24,000 bases of DNA, taken from assembly GCF_001673365.1 (NCBI RefSeq), contig NZ_LZLS01000065.1, positions 69,731 to 93,730 of the forward strand, read 5' to 3'. Below, one piece after another: positions 17,782 to 24,000 of this stretch. This stretch comes from Mycobacterium asiaticum (GTDB lineage Bacteria > Actinomycetota > Actinomycetes > Mycobacteriales > Mycobacteriaceae). Below the pieces are notes generated by a model. It was given only the letters and a program-made list of their open reading frames with translations. It did no database searches and was not told where the DNA came from. Position numbers and translations under genes: made by a program. The first letter of the stretch is position 1, and each line of letters starts with the position of its first letter.

Positions 17782-18573
17782 ATGCTGACCACCAATGCTC
17801 TTCATCCGACCGCGGTCTTGGCTGTCGCGACAACGCTGCTCCTGACCGCTGGCTGCGGCATTCAGCCGCCCGCAGGAAGCATTGGCCACGCCGAACAAGT
17901 GGCCACGTCGTGCCCGACTGACGGAAGCAAGATCGCTGCATTAGTCGCCAGTGACGAATCTGGCAGCCGCCGGGGTCTGACGGCCCAGCCCGCTCAGCAG
18001 CAGATCATCCGGGACGTCGCCGAGCGCACTGCGGTCTGTGGTGGCCATCTTCGGGTGGACATTTTCGCGGGCTCGACAGTCGGCGTGCCCATCTTCGACG
18101 GTGACCTGAAGCTGGATGGTGCGACCGAAAACGCCCGACTCCGCAAGGTTCCCAGCGTCGTCGACGACGTCATGAAACAGCTCAACGACGCGCTGCCGGA
18201 GGCTCAAAGTCAGCTTCCGGATGGCGCCACCGATGTGGTCGGCCAACTTCAACCAGGTGCCGAGTACCTGGCACAACTCTCCGCCGCGGGCAAGTTCCAC
18301 CTTGAGGAAACGATCCTTACCGACGGCATCCAAACCGCCGGACAAGAACTTGAGGACCCGTCGCTGACCGAGCAGCAGGCCACCGACTTGGCCGGCGCCA
18401 TCGCCGTACCCGACCTGTCTGAAGCCCAGGTACGGCTGATCGGCATCGGCCGGCAGGCCGACGGCTCGCTGCTACCGACACCGTATGTAAACGCACTCAA
18501 GGCGTTTCACGCCGCCGTCTGCCAGCGCACACAGGCGACGTGCACCGTCGTCACAGATGCGGCAGGAGCCTGA
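17782..18573 (+). CDS. Putative lipoprotein, 263 aa
   Basis: ATG 17782 preceded by AAAGGAGATCA. Signal peptide plus lipobox: MLTTNALHPTAVLAVATTLLLTAGC. Thr/Cys-containing secreted-type C-terminus (VCQRTQATCTVV). Confidence 0.82.
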   Translation: MLTTNALHPTAVLAVATTLLLTAGCGIQPPAGSIGHAEQVATSCPTDGSKIAALVASDESGSRRGLTAQPAQQQIIRDVAERTAVCGGHLRVDIFAGSTVGVPIFDGDLKLDGATENARLRKVPSVVDDVMKQLNDALPEAQSQLPDGATDVVGQLQPGAEYLAQLSAAGKFHLEETILTDGIQTAGQELEDPSLTEQQATDLAGAIAVPDLSEAQVRLIGIGRQADGSLLPTPYVNALKAFHAAVCQRTQATCTVVTDAAGA

Positions 18574-18575
18574 CC

Positions 18576-19652
18576 ATGGCCCGCATCCCCACCATCGGCC
18601 GCCAGGTCACCGACCACCAGCCGCCGCGCAGCGCACCGGGGCGGTCGGAAGGTCTCCGCTTGATCCCGGTCGAGCAGGCGTCGGCCACCGCCCGCCCGGA
18701 CACCATCGCCGAAACCTACCTCGAACTCGAACACGACGCTCGCGGCCTCGAACAGCAGCACCTCTTTGCCGCCGAAGGCGAACTGCATGCACGCCACCAG
18801 GCTGCTACGGCGAAGTCGCTCGACTACGCAGTCACGCACCTGAAGTCATCGGTCGAACGGGCGAAGCGGGTCGCAGACCAGGCAGCGGCGCGTCACGCAC
18901 AGATCCGCGACACTCTCAGCCCTTACGTCGGGCGCAAGGCGACCTCCTCGATCGGCTATCTCGCCCGCACCGGCGCCCTGCTGATCGGCGACATCGCCGG
19001 ACTGTCCGGTGCGGCAATTGCGCTCGGCGAAATCCCCGCCTTGGCGATCACCCAGGCCATCTCCGCCGGAACCGCCACGATCACCGCCGGATTGGCCGCC
19101 ACCCAACTGCGTCACCTCCAGCAAGCGGCCGAGCGCAAGCTCGACGACATACCGAAGACGCTGGAACCGTACCGGCACCTGTTTAACGGGCCGTCAGGTT
19201 CCAACCGACTGCGCGCTGCCATGCTGGTCATCGCAGCGCTCATTGCACTGTTCGTCTCCGTCGGGATATTCGCACTGCGCACCGCCATCGAAGGATCGCT
19301 GTCCGGGCTGACCTTCGGCGCACTAGCCGCAGCTATTGCCATGGCCAGCTTCATCAACAGCTGGTACCACGCCGACGCGGTTGCCGACATCGTCGAGTCC
19401 GCTCAGCACGACGCCTACGCCGCCGACCGTCGCCACCGGCGCCTCAGCACTCTGCGGCGCATCAATAAGGCGAATAAGGCCGACTTCCATGGCAATTCGG
19501 TGATCACCGAGCACACCCACCGCGGCCTGGCAGCCGCCGCCCACCTCGATGCAGAGAAGTACCGCGCCCTGCAAGCCAGTCCCGACGTTGTCGGGCACGG
19601 CCCGGCGACGGTGCAGCCGGAGTCGCCGCTGCGGCGGGCGAGGTCGGCATGA
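18576..19652 (+). CDS. Hypothetical membrane protein, 358 aa, with helical region and two hydrophobic regions
   Basis: ATG 18576, 2 nt after the lipoprotein stop. Helical region LEHDARGLEQQHLFAAEGELHARHQAATAKSLDY, hydrophobic GALLIGDIAGLSGAAIALGEIPALAI, and TM segments AAMLVIAALIALFVSVGIFAL / GLTFGALAAAIAMASFINSW. Confidence 0.82.
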   Translation: MARIPTIGRQVTDHQPPRSAPGRSEGLRLIPVEQASATARPDTIAETYLELEHDARGLEQQHLFAAEGELHARHQAATAKSLDYAVTHLKSSVERAKRVADQAAARHAQIRDTLSPYVGRKATSSIGYLARTGALLIGDIAGLSGAAIALGEIPALAITQAISAGTATITAGLAATQLRHLQQAAERKLDDIPKTLEPYRHLFNGPSGSNRLRAAMLVIAALIALFVSVGIFALRTAIEGSLSGLTFGALAAAIAMASFINSWYHADAVADIVESAQHDAYAADRRHRRLSTLRRINKANKADFHGNSVITEHTHRGLAAAAHLDAEKYRALQASPDVVGHGPATVQPESPLRRARSA

Positions 19653-20449
19653 CTACCGGACTGCGCGAGACGCTCACACCATTACCTGTCGCCGTCGGGC
19701 GATCCCGATTACTCGTGCCACGCGGCCTCGGAGGCGACGAAGCACACGGACCGAGGCGGACATCCGTTCGCCGTGAAGCGGCGACCCTGGCGATCACCCT
19801 GGAACAGCCAGGACCGTGCCCGCCAGGAGGCGTGACCGTCTTCATCGTCCTCGACGAATCGGCCAGCGTGGCCGCCAGTGGCGGCAACGACCCGCTGTCG
19901 CAACGGCACGCTGAGACGGCGCTGGCAATCCGCCACGTCGCCAACACCTGCCGCTGTCGAGCTGACCGCGTAGGGCTCGTCCCGTTCGATCACGCCTCAC
20001 CCGGTTTCGTTGCACCGCAACCCCTCAGCACGGCAGGCGTGCGCCGCCTCACTCGCGGCCTGGAGCGCCTGTCGAATGGCTTAGGCATGTCGAGCGAGCT
20101 TGAACCGCCGCTCAGGTTTGTCGAGACAGAGGCCGGTCATCAGCGCGCCTCTGTCGCGCTGGTGGTGTTCTCCGACTTCCTGATCACTGACGCCAACCCC
20201 AGCCGCGTTATCACACGGCTGCGGACCTTCCCCGGGTACCTACACGCCGTCGTGCTGGGGGCGCTGCCGCCCAGCGTGCTGGAGGCGGATCCAAACGTCG
20301 CCGTCACCCGGCTCACTCCGTCATCACCACCGGGCGACGCAGCCCGCGCCGTCTTCGACGGACTCAACTACTACCGCCGTCATGGACACGTGGCGCCGGG
20401 CAGCGCCGCCCACCAAGGCACCAACCGCAGAAAGGAGCACTCCGTATGA
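19649..20449 (+). CDS. von Willebrand factor A-like domain protein
   Basis: 266 aa. GVTVFIVLDESASVAASGGNDPLSQRHAETAL resembles the MIDAS D-x-S-x-S motif. Further Rossmann-like strands VALVVFSDFLITD. Start overlaps the previous stop (ATGA). Confidence 0.8.
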   Translation: MTTGLRETLTPLPVAVGRSRLLVPRGLGGDEAHGPRRTSVRREAATLAITLEQPGPCPPGGVTVFIVLDESASVAASGGNDPLSQRHAETALAIRHVANTCRCRADRVGLVPFDHASPGFVAPQPLSTAGVRRLTRGLERLSNGLGMSSELEPPLRFVETEAGHQRASVALVVFSDFLITDANPSRVITRLRTFPGYLHAVVLGALPPSVLEADPNVAVTRLTPSSPPGDAARAVFDGLNYYRRHGHVAPGSAAHQGTNRRKEHSV

Positions 20450-20994
20450 CCATCATCGGCGATGTCCGCCGTGAGCTTGGCGACGAAATCATCGACGCCG
20501 CAGCCATTCTCAGCGACTTTATCGAAGCCGCTGCGGCTCGGACGGCGCAGGAGGTAGGCTTCGGCTACGTTCTGCGTCCAGACGCGCCGAATACCTACCC
20601 GGCGCTCGTCGCTGCATTCAGAAACAGCCTGACAACCGGCGCTCGCCTGCCAATCTCGTCAGAGAACAGCGACGCCGTCGTTTATCAGCCGGCCAGCACC
20701 AACTTCGCGCTGCGCTTCTGGCACGACGTCAATCATGTCCGCCGGCAGCTCGACTTCGGTCTGGTCGATGAACTGGAACTGTCCTTATGGCACCTCTCCG
20801 AGCTCGAGAGGGCCGGGCACCGGCCTGGGTCGCTGGTGTGGCGACTACTGCATGCCGATCTGACTGGGCAGGCCTACGTTCAGGCCTTCGCGCAGCGGTT
20901 CCCGTTCGATCAGCGCCGCTTCGTGGCCGGTTGCGTCACAACCGGTTTCGACCATGGTCTGCTGGCCGAGCTCCGCGCCAAGGAGGGCAGGTGA
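20446..20994 (+). CDS. Hypothetical protein, 182 aa
   Basis: ATGA overlap with the vWA gene. Coherent ORF (FALRFWHDVNHVRRQLDFGLVDELELSLWHLSELERAGHRPGSLVWRLLHADLTGQAYV). Confidence 0.8.
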   Translation: MTIIGDVRRELGDEIIDAAAILSDFIEAAAARTAQEVGFGYVLRPDAPNTYPALVAAFRNSLTTGARLPISSENSDAVVYQPASTNFALRFWHDVNHVRRQLDFGLVDELELSLWHLSELERAGHRPGSLVWRLLHADLTGQAYVQAFAQRFPFDQRRFVAGCVTTGFDHGLLAELRAKEGR

Positions 20995-21194
20995 GTCAGG
21001 AACCGGGCAAGTGGATGGACAAGATTATCGGCTGGTGCTTCGGCATCTTGCTCGGCGTCATTGCCCTCTACTGCGCCGTCCAGCTCATCCAATCCATCCT
21101 GCCGACGCTCATCGTCATCATCGGCGTCTTGGCGCTCGTCGCAGTCGTCATCGGCGTCTTCGTTGTAATTTCTACATGGCGAAATCGATGGTGA
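20991..21194 (+). CDS. Small membrane protein, 67 aa
   Basis: GTG 20991 overlapping the preceding TGA (GTGA), with AGGAGGGCAG upstream. MSQEPGKWMDKIIGWCFGILLGVIALYCAVQLIQSILPTLIVIIGVLALVAVVIGVFVVISTWRNRW has two predicted TM helices. Confidence 0.75.
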   Translation: MSQEPGKWMDKIIGWCFGILLGVIALYCAVQLIQSILPTLIVIIGVLALVAVVIGVFVVISTWRNRW

Positions 21195-21212
21195 AATATG
21201 GCCATCTGACCT

Positions 21213-21337
21213 CTATTGACAGATAGTCAAACATGTTGTGCCGCAATCGAAATGTATTGACTATTGATTCAATTCAATAGATAATACGGCTCAGGCATTG
21301 ACCGAATTCAATAGCCGAAATCAATTAGCAACTAATT
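21213..21337. promoter_or_regulatory. AT-rich palindromic regulatory region with repeated CTATTGA/TCAATAG words
   Basis: CTATTGA at 21213-21219 and 21261-21267; TCAATAG at 21274-21280 and 21308-21314. The middle pair forms a perfect 7-bp palindrome with a 6-nt spacer. Separate palindrome AATTAG-caa-CTAATT at 21323-21337. Confidence 0.5.
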
Positions 21338-21354
21338 CTTAATGGAGGACACCT

Positions 21355-21595
21355 ATGTCTAAAACAGGAAGAACCAACCATCGCCGCGGTTCACGCGGCA
21401 CTCCAAAACCCGAGCGGCACATCGTCCGTTCGCAGCATCTGCAAGGAACCAGCCGACCTTCGAAAATTGAGCCGCGCGGTCATCGCCATGGCCCTGCGTG
21501 ATGCCGAAGCACAAGCCGAAGCCCTGGAGGCCTTGACAGCACACGCCACCGAGCCGGACAACCGCCCGGACCCCGAGGAGGCCGCTAATGCCTAA
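21355..21595 (+). pseudogene. Small protein preceding the VirD4-like gene, with an apparent +1 frameshift
   Basis: Frame A from ATG 21355 (SD GGAGG) gives MSKTGRTNHRRGSRGTPKPERHIVRSQH. The coherent continuation is in the next frame: KEPADLRKLSRAVIAMALRDAEAQAEALEALTAHATEPDNRPDPEEAANA*, stop 21593-21595, overlapping the next gene's ATG at 21588. Shift point about 21436-21443. Confidence 0.6.
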
Positions 21596-23786
21596 CGCCG
21601 GTGATGCCACCGTGTCGGCGGGTTCGCTGGTCTGGCAGCAGTTGTTCTGGCCGCAGCCTCTTTCTGAGGCAACTGCGTTCGGGCTGCTGCGCTACTGGGC
21701 CGCGCAATCCCACGCACCGCAACTCATCTTGGAAGCGCGCGCCGACGTGACCGGCGTGGAATACCTGATCGGCAGTCAGCTCCGGCACCAGGCGGCCGTC
21801 CGCCGTGCCGTCGAGCAACTGGTTAACGGATCCATCGTTACCAGTACTCCGGCTGACGATCGCGAGCACGTTGATACTGCGCGCCGAATCCAGTTGAGCA
21901 CCAACGCCCGCCAGCTTGAGCCTGTCGACGCGGTGGCATCACATCGATCAATCCTGCACGCCCTGACCGCAGTCGGGAAGGGCGAGCGCCTCACCATCCA
22001 GGTCGTACTCGGTCCCCGCCAGCACCCCAAAACCCCACCGCCCGAACCGAAACGCGACAACCAACTCGTCGTATCTAAGCTGCTGCACGGCATCCAGACT
22101 GACGGCCGCCCCGGCGCCCGGCAGGCCTTAGCACATAAACTCGGCCAGCACGCCTTTACCGCCGCCATCCGCCTCGGCGTGCACGCGCCAACCGCCGAAC
22201 GCCGCAAGAGCCTGCTGCTCGGCCTGGCGTCGGCCATCGGCACCACCGAATCGCCGGACGTCCGGATTACCTTGCGACCCGAAAAGGCCCATCGAATCAA
22301 CACCCCGCGCGCGTCGTGGTCGATGTTCACCCCAGCGCAGCGCCTGACCGTCGCCGAGATCGCCCGTCTCACGGGCTGGCCGATCGCCGATCAAGATGAG
22401 CACTATCCCGGTCAGCCGCCGCTGCATCCGCGCCCCGTCCGCCCCAGCGGCGCACTGCAATCCGGCAACCGGGTCGTGGCCGAGGCCTCTGCTCCAGGCG
22501 CGGGCGGCACCATCGGCTACAACCCAACCGACGCCATGCGCCACACCTGGGTTATCGGCCCCAACGGGGTAGGTAAGTCGACGCTGCTGCTCAACCTGAT
22601 CCTGCAGGACCTCGAAGCCGATCGCCCGATCGTGGTCATCGAGCCAAAGGACCTGATCACTGATCTGCTGGCCCGTATCCCGGAGAAGCGGCGAGGCGAC
22701 ATTGTCGTGCTCGATCCATTTGATTCAGCACCGGTCGGCATCAATCCGCTCGACGCGGCACACCGGCATGGCCGCTCACCAGAAGTCGTCGCCGACAGCC
22801 TGTTCGGTACCTTCAAAGCGATCTGGGGTGACAGCCTCGGCCCCCGATCCGCCGACATCCTGCGCAACTGCCTGGACCTGCTTGCGCGCCGCGATGACGC
22901 CTCGCTCGTCATGCTGCCCCTGCTGTTGACCAATCCGGGCTTTCGCCGCCGCCTCACGCGTGGCGTCATGCAAGCAGACCCGTTCGCTTCCGGACCGTTC
23001 TGGCAGTGGTTCGACAGCCTGTCCCCCGAAGCCACCGCCACCACGATCGCGCCGCTCTCGAACAAGCTGCGCCCGCTGCTGAGCAAGCCGCTCAGAGACG
23101 TTCTGGCCCAGCAGAACCCGAAGTTCAATGTCCGCCAAGTGCTGCGCGAGAAGAAGGTGCTCCTGGTGCCACTGCAAAAGGGCGTCATCGGCCCGGAGAA
23201 CGCACAGCTGCTCGGCGCGCTGGTGGTGGCCGAACTCTGGCAAGCGATCCGCGAACGCGCCGGAACACCCGAAAACAGCCGTGACCCAGTCATGGTCTAC
23301 ATCGACGAGGTCCAGGACTACCTGCGGCTGCCAACCGATCTCGGTGACGCCCTGGCGACCGCCCGCAGCCTTGGTGCTGGTTTCCACCTGGCGCACCAAT
23401 ACGAGAAACAACTGCCGCCCGCGATGCTCGACGCCTTTCGCAACAACGCCCGCTCGCGCGTCTGCTTCCAACTCCAAGCCGGAGACGCCAAAGAGATGAC
23501 CGCCGGCCAATCAGTGCTCACGATCGAGGACTTCACGAAGCTGCCCGCCCATCACGTCTACGCCAGCCTCGTCCGCGACAACGCGGTACAGCCCTGGGCC
23601 TCCGGTGTCACCAAACCCGCACCGGCGCCGTCGAGCAGTCCCGCGGCGATCCGCAAGCTCAGCCGGGAACGTTACGGCCAACCGATCGCCGACATCGAGG
23701 CAAGCTTCGCCGCGCTCATCGAGGACGCTGGCGCAGGCGAGGACATTGGCGACATCGGCGCGCCCCGCCGCCGGAGACAGCCATGA
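21588..23786 (+). CDS. VirD4/TraG-like (FtsK/HerA superfamily) DNA-transfer ATPase
   Basis: 732 aa. Walker A VIGPNGVGKSTLLLNLIL, IEPKDLITDLLARIPEKRRGDIVVLDPFD, Walker B VMVYIDEVQDYLRLPTDLGDALATARSLGAGFHLAHQYEKQL, then RSRVCFQLQAGDAKEMT. Typical of actinobacterial TraM-recognition / T4SS coupling-type ATPases. Confidence 0.88.
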   Translation: MPNAGDATVSAGSLVWQQLFWPQPLSEATAFGLLRYWAAQSHAPQLILEARADVTGVEYLIGSQLRHQAAVRRAVEQLVNGSIVTSTPADDREHVDTARRIQLSTNARQLEPVDAVASHRSILHALTAVGKGERLTIQVVLGPRQHPKTPPPEPKRDNQLVVSKLLHGIQTDGRPGARQALAHKLGQHAFTAAIRLGVHAPTAERRKSLLLGLASAIGTTESPDVRITLRPEKAHRINTPRASWSMFTPAQRLTVAEIARLTGWPIADQDEHYPGQPPLHPRPVRPSGALQSGNRVVAEASAPGAGGTIGYNPTDAMRHTWVIGPNGVGKSTLLLNLILQDLEADRPIVVIEPKDLITDLLARIPEKRRGDIVVLDPFDSAPVGINPLDAAHRHGRSPEVVADSLFGTFKAIWGDSLGPRSADILRNCLDLLARRDDASLVMLPLLLTNPGFRRRLTRGVMQADPFASGPFWQWFDSLSPEATATTIAPLSNKLRPLLSKPLRDVLAQQNPKFNVRQVLREKKVLLVPLQKGVIGPENAQLLGALVVAELWQAIRERAGTPENSRDPVMVYIDEVQDYLRLPTDLGDALATARSLGAGFHLAHQYEKQLPPAMLDAFRNNARSRVCFQLQAGDAKEMTAGQSVLTIEDFTKLPAHHVYASLVRDNAVQPWASGVTKPAPAPSSSPAAIRKLSRERYGQPIADIEASFAALIEDAGAGEDIGDIGAPRRRRQP

Positions 23787-24000
23787 ACCATCAACGGCAA
23801 CAGCTGAATCCGGCGGAGCAGGATGGTCCGATCGCTGGTCCTATCGCGTCGACCACCCCGGCCGCATCCGCACCTGTCAACGGGCAATCCCGGCCGTTAC
23901 CGTCAGGGAATAGTGGTGCCCCATGTGGCACCACAGGATCCGCCAAACGCTCGGTAGGCCAACGCATCTCCGCATCTGCTATCGACGTCATTAGTAGTCG
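23783..24000 (+). CDS. N-terminus of an unidentified protein (possibly a replication-relaxation family protein, from usual gene order only)
   Basis: ATGA overlap with the ATPase stop. MNHQRQQLNPAEQDGPIAGPIASTTPAASAPVNGQSRPLPSGNSGAPCGTTGSAKRSVGQRISASAIDVISS..., open to the window edge. Confidence 0.5.
   Translation, partial: MNHQRQQLNPAEQDGPIAGPIASTTPAASAPVNGQSRPLPSGNSGAPCGTTGSAKRSVGQRISASAIDVISS

Noticed and set aside
22517-23510. Minus-strand ORFs of 258 and 244 aa
   Set aside because: Antisense to the VirD4/TraG-like ATPase, whose motifs are unambiguous.

Overview
This 24 kb window is from a high-GC actinobacterial-type genomic island or integrative/plasmid-like element. Family calls come from recognisable motifs, since no database search was possible. 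(1) The left end holds a Dnd phosphorothioate DNA-modification locus: dndB, dndC and the 5' part of dndD on the minus strand with 4-nt stop/start overlaps, and a divergent dndA cysteine desulfurase on the plus strand. dndE is not in view and neither is any dndFGH restriction module. (2) A convergent minus-strand group (small basic protein, DUF6745-like protein, 72 aa protein) abuts dndA. (3) An apparently frameshifted gene lies at 7294-7850. (4) An accessory block of mostly uncharacterised genes at 8.3-17 kb includes a DUF2188-like / unknown / PIN-like three-gene operon and a glycine-rich ORF. (5) A tightly packed plus-strand operon at 17.1-21.2 kb encodes an unknown protein, a lipoprotein, a two-part transmembrane protein, a vWA protein, an unknown protein and a small membrane protein. 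An AT-rich palindrome-rich spacer follows, then a small ORF with an apparent +1 frameshift, a VirD4/TraG-like (FtsK/HerA superfamily) ATPase and the start of another gene. The best candidates for undescribed biology are the 17-24 kb operon, the 10.7-12.6 kb PIN-like operon, and the possible link between dnd and the DUF6745-like module. No tRNA, rRNA, CRISPR array, integrase or transposase was recognised.
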